64,000 bases of DNA, from contig CBDHDJ010000004.1 of NCBI GenBank assembly GCA_965261645.1, forward strand, positions 1,263,362 to 1,327,361. Direction: 5' to 3'. A model generated the notes under the pieces. It was not told where the DNA came from. It was given only the letters and a program-made list of their open reading frames with translations, and did no database searches. The position numbers and the translations under genes were made by a program. How positions within the stretch are numbered: position 1 is the first letter of the stretch; each line of letters begins with the position of its first letter. Positions 42,675 through 52,354 of this stretch are shown in pieces. This stretch comes from Alphaproteobacteria bacterium (lineage in GTDB: Bacteria > Pseudomonadota > Alphaproteobacteria > SHVV01).

Positions 42675-45600
42675 TTACTGCAGGCGCATTCTCAGGCTCT
42701 TGGACTTCTTGCGGGTCTGGCGTTTCTTCTCCTCGTGCTTCTCGTCCTTTTTGAACTCGCGCTCGCGATAGTCGTCGAACGCCTTCTGTGCCGCTATGCG
42801 CTCGTCCCCCGTTGCGTTGTACGCGGCCGATTGAAGCCGGCGGAACTCATGGGCCTTGCTTTGGGCTTCGCGCCTGCGCTCTTCGTCCGTTTGCGGCGAG
42901 GAGGGCTGTTGTCGGGTCTCTTCATGTATGTCGCGGGCGTGGCGGCGGTCTTCCCCGGGCGTGGTGTAGTGTTTGGACTCGCGCTCGCGATAGTCGTCGA
43001 ACGCCTTCCGTGCTGCTATGCGCTCGTCCCCCGATGCGTGGTAGGCGGCCGACTGAAGCCGGCGGAATTCATGGGCCTTGCTTTGGGCTCCGCGCGCGCT
43101 CTCTTGGGGCGTTGGTGCCGGGGAAGAGCGCTCCTGGGTTTCTGTTACGGCGTTCTCGCGGATGGCGGCGCTGTCCCGCCGGATCGCCTCGCGAAGGTCC
43201 GAGAGCGCCCATTTCAGGCGTGTATCGCCGATCAGGATGTGATCGAGATGCACACCGTAGGCCTCCTTGTCCGAGAGAATGGCCTCACCCGCCGCCGCCA
43301 GGCGGTCCGCTTCCTGCCTCCAATCCGGATGATCCGGTACCTCGGCGGTCGGAATATCGAGGCTCTCCGCCGCGCTTTGAAGGGCGGCGTAATTGCCCAT
43401 GTGCCGTTCGGCCGCGTCAAGATAGTCCACGACGAAATTGCGCGCCGAGAAATCCCGTTGATGATTTTCGAGCGCCCGGATCATGGGTGCCCGTGTCTCG
43501 GCGGCGATATCCCGGTTATCCGCGAGCGCCTGCATGCGCGGCATCATGTCCGCATACCCCTTGGCGTAGAATATAGGCTCCCCGGTTTGTTGGACCCTTT
43601 CGATCACGCTGTTCCAATCCCGCCGCAAGGCTTCGTAGGGTTCCAGCCAGTCCGGCTTTGCGGTTTCCGCGTCTGTTGCGGGCGCCCCCGCATCGGCCGT
43701 CGTCGCGGCAGGACTGCGGGATGGCGCTGTCGTCGCGGTCCGCTCCACCGTTTCGGCACGCCCGTCCAGCGCAGCATGATCGTCCTCCAAAGGCAACTCG
43801 CCTTGCCGCAACTCCGGCCCAGGTTGCTGTTCCGGAGCCTGTTCAGCCTCCCGTCTGATCCGATGCACGTAGCGCATCGTGGCCGCGCGCCGGTGGCGTT
43901 GCGCCCGTGTATGGAGTTCCTCGAAGGCGTCGAGATCCTTGCGACCGATACCGCCGCGTTCTGCCAGCAGGGAGGCGAAGTCGTCCGGCCGGGCGCGGAA
44001 GGCTTCGGCCTGTTTAAGCAGTGCCGAGTGACGGGTGAGCGTCTCCTGGTAAGCAGGCCCAAGTGCCACGGTATCGCCTTGCGTGCGGGTGCGCTCGCGC
44101 AGATCGTCGTATGCCGCTAGAACCTCTTGGTGACCAGCGGCGAAGGTGGAGACCGCCTGGGCATGGCGCCAGCCGAAGGCGGTGCGCCGGACATCCCGCG
44201 CGATGCGAGCCAGCGCATTGTCGTTCGCCACCGGACGGGCTTCCAGCGGCTCCCCCCGGGTTTCTCGAATTGACCGGGAATTGTTCTCCCGGACATTCTC
44301 TCGGCTATCTTGCCATATGCCATCGGCCATGTAGTCGAGCGCCGCCTCCTTGGGCTGCGACCGTGACCAGCGTTCGGCCAGCCAGGCCCGGACCTCGGTG
44401 TCCGTCACCGCAACTTCCCGGTCGTTGTCCGCTCGCCTGTCGGCGATATCGAGAACGAGCGGTGCCCGGTTAACGTAGATGTCGAGCCTCTCGCGATGGC
44501 GTGTCGCCGCGGGATAGATGGTTTCACGCGCGGGCCTTGCATCGGCCAGCAGGAACGTCCGGTCCACGGTCAACCCCTGGGCCGAGGTGATTGTGAGCGC
44601 ATAGCCATGATCGAGACGGATATTGCCGTACCAGTCGCGGATTTCGTCGTGGTGGAACGATACGGTCCGTCCATCCTCGGTGCGAGCCGATATCAGGACA
44701 CTCGGCTCCGTACCGGCCTCGCCTCTTTGAACCTTGAAGTCGTCGACCGTGATCACGGTGCCGTTGAACAGCTGCTTCTCCCAGTGGGTGGCGCCGATAC
44801 GCAGCCGGTCGCCGCGCGCGATCTCCAGCGGCGAGGTTGTTCGCTCGTCTTCCGTTCCCCGGCTTACGATTACCGTTACCCGGTCCGTATCGGGCTGTTC
44901 CCCATCCGTTAGCGCGGCGAAACGACGCTCCCGCATCAGATGCGACAGTGCCCGCACTTCGGCTCGTGTGCGCGCCAGCACCACGCTAGACTTTCCGGGG
45001 TTCGCCCGCTGGTAGCGGTCCCAGTCATCAACCAGACCGGTCAACGTCTTTTCTTCGTCGTACCCGATATGGAACCGATCCCTTGCGTGGTGAGCCGCTA
45101 TGGCCGATGCCGCGTTGCCATCGCGCAGCGCTTCCGACGCTGCCACCTGCCACGGTGTGAATACAGCCTTATCCACCATCTCATCGTATTCAGTAAGAAT
45201 GCGGGTGCGTTCCTGCCCTCCCATCATCCCCGTGCGGAACCGCGCAGCCTCTGGATTCTCGCCATGAACATGGACCAGAATATCTTCTAGGTCGGCCTTC
45301 TGGCGGCGGATTCGGTCAACCCTCACGCTGCCAACAGCGTCGCGCACTAACCTCAACCCCGGTCCCGCCTCAACGGGTTGTTGCTGTTGCGTGTCGCCCG
45401 CGAAGACGATTTTCGCCCCATGACGTTCTGAGAGTTGGAGAATGTGATGCGCCTGGCGGGTCGACAGCATCCCCGCCTCGTCGACGATGATGGTGGTGTC
45501 TCCATCGATCTCGATACCGCCACGCGCGGCGAGGCGCAGCAGCTTGTCGACGCAGAACGGCCGCGCATCGACATCGTTACCCAGCGCTACGGCGGTGCGC

Positions 45601-47096
45601 CAAGCCACAGCTGTGGCGATGATGTTGTTCCCGTGTTCGCGGTAAAGATCAGCGATGGGTCGCAGCGTCGTGGTCTTGCCCGAGCCTGCCGCTGCCTCGA
45701 TGATGGCGACCCGGCCGCCGGATGAGGTGACCGTCCTTATTGCCGTGATCTGTTCTTCGCTCAACGGATAACCCGCCGCCAGAAGCCCCGCCACCTTTGC
45801 CTCGATGGCCTGGGCGGACAGGGAATGTCCCGTACCTGCGGCCATTCCTGCCGCCATGTCACGGACTTCAAGCTCCATTTGGAGGTTGTGACGTGTTGAA
45901 TAGAGCCTGGTATGCATCATGTCAGCCCGGCCTTCGGCCGACCGTGGCGGCCGGGTCAGGCGCACGACCTCCGGGCTCAGAAGAACACGCTCTATGCTTG
46001 TCGCGACCGCATCGCGGTTCAGGAGTCCGGCGGTGGCATTGCCGACCCGCTCGACGATATCCGGCAGTCGGAAGACTGCTTCCTCGCGTGTAAGGCGGTA
46101 CGGTAGATCTTCCAGAATCGCGGTTAAGTCTCGGATCTGTTGCAGTGTAATATCCTCAACTTTGCCCAATAGCGAGACGATCAGCGCCTCGCGTTCTATA
46201 AAGCCGTCCGCTTCGCCACGCCAGCGCGCGTGCCGGATCTCCGGGTCATTGTCGGGAGATTTGCCGGCCCGTGTGATCTTGTTCGCCGCCGCTGCACGCG
46301 GCGCGTTGCCCTCGACCGCAAAGCCCATCTCCCTGGCGGCGTCGATTATCGCCGCCCGGCGCTTTGACCAGTGTCCCATCAGATCTTCGGGCATGCCTGC
46401 GACCCGCGTGAACTCTCCATCCTTGCCGTACTGTTCCATGCGGATGCCGAGACGCTCTTGCAGACTCCATGCCATGGCATTGCGGTAGACTGCCCCCGCC
46501 GCCTTCATCCAGTTGTAGACCGGGTGTTGATGCAAAGCCCGGTACTTGCCGTCCTGGTGTGTCCGGGCGGCATTGAAGATCACGCAGTGGGTATGAAGCT
46601 GCGGGTCGTTGTCCCGGCTGGTTCCATGCTGGAACATAGCGGCCGTGATATCGGCCGGCAGCACCTCTATATCGCCATCCCGATTACGGATGCGGGTATA
46701 GGCGCAATGGCGCAGCACCGTTTCTTCCAGTGCTATACGCGCGGCATCGTTATGCGCCTGCTCGATCTCCGAACGCAGACCGGGGTCGGCGACCGCCCAC
46801 AAGGCGGAGACGCTTTTGTCGGCGGAGAAGGTCATGTCGAGACCCGCCGAACGGCGCTCGCTGCCGGCATTCTGTGTGAGTTTAGCTCCGGTCTTAGGTG
46901 CGAAGCCGTTGTACAGCCGGTGGAAGTCACTGCTATCGATCTTGCCGCCATCGGCCAGACCGAACAGGCCCTTCGGATTGAACCAGACGCCATCCGGTTC
47001 TTCTCCCGCTGTGTAGTATTCGTTGGGATGACGGAAGGAGCGTTGGCTCTCCAGGTAGTAGGCAGCTGACGCGGCCTGGGCGAGAGTCGCTACCAT
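42675..47096 (-). CDS. traA: conjugative relaxase-helicase, MobF/TrwC-TraI type with extended C-terminal tail
   Basis: N-terminal relaxase His-triad region (HGTSRDNDPQLHTHCVIFN), a central AAA_30/UvrD-like helicase (Walker A IIEAAAGSGKTTTL), and a long charged C-terminal tail with an internal duplication. Confidence 0.85.
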   Translation of the reverse strand: MVATLAQAASAAYYLESQRSFRHPNEYYTAGEEPDGVWFNPKGLFGLADGGKIDSSDFHRLYNGFAPKTGAKLTQNAGSERRSAGLDMTFSADKSVSALWAVADPGLRSEIEQAHNDAARIALEETVLRHCAYTRIRNRDGDIEVLPADITAAMFQHGTSRDNDPQLHTHCVIFNAARTHQDGKYRALHQHPVYNWMKAAGAVYRNAMAWSLQERLGIRMEQYGKDGEFTRVAGMPEDLMGHWSKRRAAIIDAAREMGFAVEGNAPRAAAANKITRAGKSPDNDPEIRHARWRGEADGFIEREALIVSLLGKVEDITLQQIRDLTAILEDLPYRLTREEAVFRLPDIVERVGNATAGLLNRDAVATSIERVLLSPEVVRLTRPPRSAEGRADMMHTRLYSTRHNLQMELEVRDMAAGMAAGTGHSLSAQAIEAKVAGLLAAGYPLSEEQITAIRTVTSSGGRVAIIEAAAGSGKTTTLRPIADLYREHGNNIIATAVAWRTAVALGNDVDARPFCVDKLLRLAARGGIEIDGDTTIIVDEAGMLSTRQAHHILQLSERHGAKIVFAGDTQQQQPVEAGPGLRLVRDAVGSVRVDRIRRQKADLEDILVHVHGENPEAARFRTGMMGGQERTRILTEYDEMVDKAVFTPWQVAASEALRDGNAASAIAAHHARDRFHIGYDEEKTLTGLVDDWDRYQRANPGKSSVVLARTRAEVRALSHLMRERRFAALTDGEQPDTDRVTVIVSRGTEDERTTSPLEIARGDRLRIGATHWEKQLFNGTVITVDDFKVQRGEAGTEPSVLISARTEDGRTVSFHHDEIRDWYGNIRLDHGYALTITSAQGLTVDRTFLLADARPARETIYPAATRHRERLDIYVNRAPLVLDIADRRADNDREVAVTDTEVRAWLAERWSRSQPKEAALDYMADGIWQDSRENVRENNSRSIRETRGEPLEARPVANDNALARIARDVRRTAFGWRHAQAVSTFAAGHQEVLAAYDDLRERTRTQGDTVALGPAYQETLTRHSALLKQAEAFRARPDDFASLLAERGGIGRKDLDAFEELHTRAQRHRRAATMRYVHRIRREAEQAPEQQPGPELRQGELPLEDDHAALDGRAETVERTATTAPSRSPAATTADAGAPATDAETAKPDWLEPYEALRRDWNSVIERVQQTGEPIFYAKGYADMMPRMQALADNRDIAAETRAPMIRALENHQRDFSARNFVVDYLDAAERHMGNYAALQSAAESLDIPTAEVPDHPDWRQEADRLAAAGEAILSDKEAYGVHLDHILIGDTRLKWALSDLREAIRRDSAAIRENAVTETQERSSPAPTPQESARGAQSKAHEFRRLQSAAYHASGDERIAARKAFDDYRERESKHYTTPGEDRRHARDIHEETRQQPSSPQTDEERRREAQSKAHEFRRLQSAAYNATGDERIAAQKAFDDYREREFKKDEKHEEKKRQTRKKSKSLRMRLQ
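42752..43115 (+). repeat. two roughly 125-bp near-identical direct repeats (period 221 bp) inside the 3' end of traA
   Basis: TTGAACTCGCGCTCGCGATAGTCGTCGAACGCC... recurs at 42973. It encodes a duplicated approximately 42-aa AQSKAHEFRRLQSAAY..DDYRERE module. Confidence 0.6.
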
Positions 47097-47497
47097 GGTG
47101 CTCGCTCCGTGGCGGCGCTGTTGGTGAGATATATAACCTGGTCCAGGCGCTGCCCGATTTCGACCGTGATAATTCTCATGGTTCCAGTCCCGGAAATTCC
47201 TACGCTTTACAACAGGTTACGGAAATACCCGGACGATTTTGTACAACATGGCAGGGTTTTATGAACTCATTGAAATCTAAGCACATAAAGGTGCAGAGGT
47301 GTGCGTAGTTTTACATACCCTCTGATGTTTCGCGAGAGGATATAGACTGCATAATCGGAGATCAAGGGGAATTTGGCCCTGCCTTGGTACGTGGCGGCAC
47401 ACTTGAAATGGCCGTTCGAATGGCGGAATTGACCGGCTGTCGGGCCAATGGCAGAATCCGGGCTTGCTCGCGGATTCTGGAAACAGCGGGGAGATGG
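47097..47497 (+). other. candidate oriT / divergent promoter region between traA and a small accessory gene
   Basis: Locally low GC. Direct repeats CGGAAAT(T/A)CC and T(T)ACAACA(G/T)GG are present, along with a GTGCGTA word reminiscent of MobF nic regions. No nic site is proven. Confidence 0.3.
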
Positions 47498-47803
47498 ACG
47501 ATGCCGGCGAAACGCTTCAACGAAGCGGATATCGACTTCGATGCTTTAGACGGCGAGTTGGCGAAATTTGAGCCACCGAAGCTGAGCCTGACGGATGTAC
47601 TGGACTGTTTGCGGAAGCGGCTGGTCAAGCAACAGGCGAAGGGGGTGACGGTGGCTCAAATGCATGAGGTGTTGAAATCGAGCGGCATCGACATCACGGA
47701 ACGCAGTCTGCGGACGGTTCTGGACAAGGGCGTATTGCCGGGACGGAAGGTTGCCGAGGCCGCTAGGTCCATGGTGTCGGAAGAAGGCAGTGATCCGTTC
47801 TGA
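47498..47803 (+). CDS. small hypothetical protein divergent from traA, possibly a relaxosome accessory protein
   Basis: 101-aa ORF starting at MPAKRFNEADIDF with helical, charged character. Its position mirrors accessory-protein genes of MobF systems. Confidence 0.35.
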   Translation, partial: TMPAKRFNEADIDFDALDGELAKFEPPKLSLTDVLDCLRKRLVKQQAKGVTVAQMHEVLKSSGIDITERSLRTVLDKGVLPGRKVAEAARSMVSEEGSDPF

Positions 47804-48145
47804 GCCGAACGACGGCGTATATAGGTTCGCGAAGCAGCGAAGCGGCGTTCGAAGAACGGCGGTCCGTCGTGGCGGTTGTCGGGATGCGGATAATGAAGTT
47901 GCAGTGGGGGATGGTTGGGAGGTGGCGCGGCGCTTCAGCGCCCGCATCCGGCGATGGCGCGAAGCGGCCGATCCGATAGGCGGCGATGCATCGTTCGAAG
48001 AACGAGGAGCCGCCAGCGAGCGTAAGCTCGCACAATTGGCGGTGGCGCGAAGCGCCCCGCCATGGGCCGTGACTTTATGCACACGGCATAAAAAAGGGGC
48101 CGACCTCCGCTGTGTGATGGCGGGGGCCGACCCTGAAGGGTGCCG

Positions 48146-49075
48146 TTATGCGGCGGCGAGAAGGACGGGGATTCCGACCTTGCGTGCCTTGTCGATCATG
48201 TTATTCGTGATGCCGGAGCCGGGGAAGGCGACGAGGCCTTTCGGCAGGAAGTTGAGCAGGACGTCGTTACGCCGGAAGGGCGCGGCTTTGCCGTCCCGGT
48301 CCCAGTTCGGCTTGCAGACGACCTGGTGAACGCCGTTCTTCTCGGCCCAGCTTGCCGCGATTTTCTCCGCACCGGGTCCACCGCCGTGTAGCAGGACCAT
48401 ATCGTCGTACTTGAGCTTGATGCTGTCCAGGGAGTGCCAGATGGCGGTGACGTCGTCAAAGTCCTTGCCGCCGGTGAAGGCGACCAGGGTGCCCTCGGGC
48501 AGATGTGCAGAGGTCTCACGGTCCTTGCGGGCGCGGAGGTAGTCGCGGGCGTCGATGGCGGCGGAAGTTAGTTTGCCGGTCTGGCTGCTGTGCGACCCGT
48601 TGCGCGGACGCCAGGTATCGCCGGTCTCGGTGCGGTATCCCTCTGCGGCGAGGTCGCGCATGGCCTCGAAGGCATCGCGGCGATTACCGAGGTTCTGGAC
48701 CCGATCGGTGAGGCGTTCGAGTTCGCAGGACTTGATCTCGGAGCCGTCCTGCTCGCGCTGGAGGTCTTTCATTTCGGGCGCGATCTTGTCGATGCCGCGG
48801 TCGAGGCGCTGGACCTGGGCGTGCAGTGCATTGACGAAGCCCCAGAGGAGGCTCTCGCGTTCGTCGGAGAGCTGCGTGCCGTCCGGTGCGACCACACCGG
48901 CCAGGATGTGGATCGCTTCCTCGATTCCGGAAAGTGCTTCGTCCTCGTTCCAGATATCCCGGTTGTCGAACTCGTCGGGACCAGGGGTCGCGCCGAACAG
49001 GGCAGCCTGTTCGCAAGCCATTGCGGTCGGAGATGACGTTTCGGTTCTGATGAAGTTCTGCATGAGTCTCTCCAT
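48146..49075 (-). CDS. DUF2493 (SLOG superfamily) domain protein with an unknown N-terminal domain
   Basis: C-terminal roughly 110 aa (LVAFTGGKDFDD ... LLHGGGPGAEK ... VAFPGSGITNNM) look like a DUF2493/SLOG Rossmannoid domain. The N-terminal roughly 200 aa were not recognised. Confidence 0.55.
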   Translation of the reverse strand: MERLMQNFIRTETSSPTAMACEQAALFGATPGPDEFDNRDIWNEDEALSGIEEAIHILAGVVAPDGTQLSDERESLLWGFVNALHAQVQRLDRGIDKIAPEMKDLQREQDGSEIKSCELERLTDRVQNLGNRRDAFEAMRDLAAEGYRTETGDTWRPRNGSHSSQTGKLTSAAIDARDYLRARKDRETSAHLPEGTLVAFTGGKDFDDVTAIWHSLDSIKLKYDDMVLLHGGGPGAEKIAASWAEKNGVHQVVCKPNWDRDGKAAPFRRNDVLLNFLPKGLVAFPGSGITNNMIDKARKVGIPVLLAAA

Positions 49076-49351
49076 TGCTATGTTGCTATCCTCCGAGGCG
49101 GGCTGCCCCGTCGTGATGATTCTTTGGATCACGCGCTCGCAGCGGAGCCACGATGGCCGGAATGCCTGCGCCGGAGTAATGCGCGAGTGGTGCGGGCGCA
49201 GGGAGCGGAGCGAGCGAGCCACGGTCGCGTATTCCACCGGCGCTAGCCGCGCAGCGGCGTGGCATTACGAGCTATCGCCGCAACGGAGCGTAAGCGGAGT
49301 GGAGGACCCCGCAGGGGTTGGCACAGCGAGAACGTGTGGGACAATGAGGCA

Positions 49352-50389
49352 TCATGACGGGCTAATTATTCTCCCACTCCCACGCCTCTCTTCCACCGTT
49401 TCCCCGGACTCGGTGCTTACAATAAGGGGCGCGATTCGAGCCGCGAGAGTTTCTTCTCCGAAGGCAATGAGATCGTCATTAAAATCGGAGTGTTCGGGAA
49501 CGATCACGATTGAGGGAATGCTGCGTTCCACGCAACGGCGCTGAAGATGATTTGCGGCGTGCCCGCCTTCCATGTCTTTATCGCGGGCGATGATCAACAG
49601 CGCGAGGTCTTGGGGCGGTTCGAAGGCGCCGAGACTGCCCGCTGATAGAGCCGCCGCGGCATGAATGCCGGGGACGGCGGTGACCAGCGATAGAGCGGTT
49701 TCGATGCCCTCGCCGGCAAGCAGGATCGCGCCGGAGGCGGATCCGCCGAAGCGCACGGCCCGGCCGTAGACGCGCCCAAGCGCTTTGCGAGGGCGGGCGA
49801 GGTTGGCTTTCTCGGGTAGATTGGGATCGAGCCAGGTGCGTTGCACGCCCTCGATGGCGCCATCATCGCCGGTGACGGCGGCGACAAGTGCCGGGAGGCG
49901 GTGGATGCCGTCATCGCCGCGATGGATGAGATCGGGATGAAACCGCAAGGCCGGGAAGCGGCAATGGCCGATGGCGCGGGCGTGCAGGTAGGCTTCCGCA
50001 TGGGTGCCATCGATGGGCCGGCAACGCCGCCAAAGGCGGCGCGCCGCTTCTACACGGTCATAGCTACAGGGGTGATCGCCGCCATTGGCGGGAGTGGACG
50101 GTGGCAGGGCGAGGAACGCGAGGGCCTCCTCCATGGCGTGCCGCAGCGATGCTCCGCCGGTGTGCAGACGGATGAGATCGAGCAGATCGCCATGCTCGTT
50201 GGTCGCGGCGTCGGTCCATTTTCCGGGTATGCCTGGAGGCGCCAGACGCACAAAGAGGGAGCGACCCTTACGGCCGCTTGTGTCGCCGATGGTCCAGTAT
50301 CTGCCCTGCCTGCGTCCGCGGGGAAGGTAGCAGCGGCAGACATCTTCTGCCCGTGTGCTTAACGCAGCGGCAATTTCAGTGGCGTTCAT
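49352..50389 (-). CDS. Toprim-domain protein, conjugative-element primase-like
   Basis: Toprim acidic motifs (ILLAGEGIETALS ... LLIIARDKDMEGG) are preceded by a Cys/His-containing N-terminal domain. Confidence 0.6.
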   Translation of the reverse strand: MNATEIAAALSTRAEDVCRCYLPRGRRQGRYWTIGDTSGRKGRSLFVRLAPPGIPGKWTDAATNEHGDLLDLIRLHTGGASLRHAMEEALAFLALPPSTPANGGDHPCSYDRVEAARRLWRRCRPIDGTHAEAYLHARAIGHCRFPALRFHPDLIHRGDDGIHRLPALVAAVTGDDGAIEGVQRTWLDPNLPEKANLARPRKALGRVYGRAVRFGGSASGAILLAGEGIETALSLVTAVPGIHAAAALSAGSLGAFEPPQDLALLIIARDKDMEGGHAANHLQRRCVERSIPSIVIVPEHSDFNDDLIAFGEETLAARIAPLIVSTESGETVEERRGSGRIISPS

Positions 50390-50602
50390 GGGGCGTGATC
50401 CCTTAGGGGAGCGATGGCGCGAAACGGTTGCATGGGAACCTCTCGTGCTTGTTGCGGGACGCCCCCTTCAGGCCCGCCTCTGCCACTTGGAGGTGTGGGG
50501 CGGACGCGCGGAGCGCGAAGCGCGAAGCCTCATCATGCCGGACTGTCCGTATGGGAGCCCTTGTGGCGCCGGGCTCGGATGCGCGGGAGGGAGGAAGCCC
50601 GA

Positions 50603-51046
50603 TTAGAACGGAATTTCGCTATCAACCACCGTCGCAGCGGTTTCGGCGGAAGGCACGGTCTTGTCGTTCATCGCCGGTGCGCCGTTACCGTTCGGCTTAT
50701 CCAAGAACTGGACCCTGCCGCCGGGAACCAGAAGGATCTCGGTCGAGAACCGGTCGCTGTCCTCGCCGTCCTTGCGCCACTTGCGGGTCTGCAGCTTGCC
50801 CGAGACGTAAACCAGGCGGCCCTTCTTCGCGTGCTTCTCCATCATCTCCACCAGGCCGTCCTGGAAGGTGACGATGCGGTGCCACTCGGTGCGGTCCACC
50901 TTGTCCCCTGAGTTTTTGTCGAGGTAACTTTCATCGGTCGCGATCGAGACGTTGGCGACGCGGCCGCCGTTGGTGAGGTGGCTGATGGTGGCGTCGGCGC
51001 CGAGGCGTCCGATGAGTTGCGCGTTATTCAATCCGAACATGATCAA
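50603..51046 (-). CDS. ssb: single-stranded DNA-binding protein
   Basis: OB-fold N-terminus (LIGRLGAD ... EWHRIVTF) and an acidic C-terminal tip DSEIPF. Confidence 0.85.
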   Translation of the reverse strand: MIMFGLNNAQLIGRLGADATISHLTNGGRVANVSIATDESYLDKNSGDKVDRTEWHRIVTFQDGLVEMMEKHAKKGRLVYVSGKLQTRKWRKDGEDSDRFSTEILLVPGGRVQFLDKPNGNGAPAMNDKTVPSAETAATVVDSEIPF

Positions 51047-51146
51047 TCTCCTATGATCCGGGTTATGACATCGGGTTAGCGAACGGGGTCAGGCCTCTCT
51101 CGACCCTTCCCCCTTCACACTTCTCTAAGCCCCCCTTTTCCTCTAT

Positions 51147-51338
51147 TCAGCCGTCCGCCCCGGTGTAGGTTCGGGAGCCGAGAACTTCGCGGATCGCGTG
51201 GCCCGGCATTCCGAACGCGGCCAGCAGCGCGCCCGCGTCGGGAAGCGGTGCGGTGAAGTCTGGATCGGAATCGCCTGTGCTGCCGGGATTGAAAAGGGTG
51301 TCGTTGGAGTCGGTTGAGCTATGAATGTGATCGAACAT
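51147..51338 (-). CDS. small acidic hypothetical protein
   Basis: 63-aa ORF co-directional with the backbone operon. No recognisable domain. Confidence 0.25.
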   Translation of the reverse strand: MFDHIHSSTDSNDTLFNPGSTGDSDPDFTAPLPDAGALLAAFGMPGHAIREVLGSRTYTGADG

Positions 51339-51528
51339 TTTGCATCTCCGCTTGGTAGGGGTGAGACGCAGCCCGGAGGGAACTCTCTCTTCGCCTTGGG
51401 CGCGTCGCCCTTCTCTTTGCCTTCCTCAAACTCTCTTGCACGTTGGTCGAGGCAGGCCGGAGAGTTCGGTGGCATCGCACGACGGCAACCGGTGGCACGA
51501 TTGTGCGTGGCAACCGCCGCGCGGCTTG

Positions 51529-51843
51529 TCAAAGGACCGCGTCGTTGGCATCCATGATGGCGATGACGGCGTCGTCGAGGCTGCCCCTCGCGCTCATCAA
51601 GGTGTGTTCCAGATGGAGAAGCCGGTGGCGGAGCCCGGCGCGGTCGTCGCATGACGGGTTGCCGGGCAGGCGCATGATGGCGTTCCGCAGCTCGGCGAAG
51701 CGTTCCGCCATATCCTTCATGTGAGTTGCGGCTTCGCGTGCGCCGGTCCGGGCTTCCGGCAGGAACCCGCCAGGATCGGGCCGGGCGCTGGGCATGGTTT
51801 GGAACTCGCCGGTATCGCGGGGCTCTGTGAGGGTGTCGAACAT
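51529..51843 (-). CDS. hypothetical protein
   Basis: 104-aa ORF in operon orientation. No recognisable domain. Confidence 0.3.
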   Translation of the reverse strand: MFDTLTEPRDTGEFQTMPSARPDPGGFLPEARTGAREAATHMKDMAERFAELRNAIMRLPGNPSCDDRAGLRHRLLHLEHTLMSARGSLDDAVIAIMDANDAVL

Positions 51844-51958
51844 CGGGTTCCTCCGTGCATTGCAAGACAGAATGGCGGCGATGGCAGGAGAATTGCCTCC
51901 CGTGCACCGCCTGGATCACCCCTGCCGTGCTGCCCTCGGCCTCTACATCTTGTTGGGT

Positions 51959-52231
51959 TCAATGGGTGGCTTCATCGCGAGTGGCGGACATGGCGCGGGC
52001 AGCGATGGCGGACCAGGCATCTCGATCAAGGCCGATGCGGGCGTTGAGTCGGTCGCAGATTCGCAAGGCATCGTCGAGGCAGAGCGCCACCAGCGCCGTG
52101 GGGACGTAGCCCGGCATCGAATCGAACACGATTCGTATCTGCTGCGGCATGTTGTCGAAGTCATAAGCGGGACAAAACGCGTAGACGGGATCGTCGGGCA
52201 GCGTATGGGATGTCATGGCGATATCTTCCAT
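51959..52231 (-). CDS. hypothetical protein
   Basis: 90-aa acidic ORF immediately downstream of the methylase-helicase gene. Confidence 0.3.
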   Translation of the reverse strand: MEDIAMTSHTLPDDPVYAFCPAYDFDNMPQQIRIVFDSMPGYVPTALVALCLDDALRICDRLNARIGLDRDAWSAIAARAMSATRDEATH

Positions 52232-52354
52232 ATGGCGGGTTGGACTGTTCGTGCCCGCGGGCGGCGCAAAGGCGCAATTTCCCGGAAGCGCGCGTAGCGG
52301 GCGACAGCAAGCGTTCGGACGCCCCGCGCCGGATACCGGGCGGGACGTGCGGAT

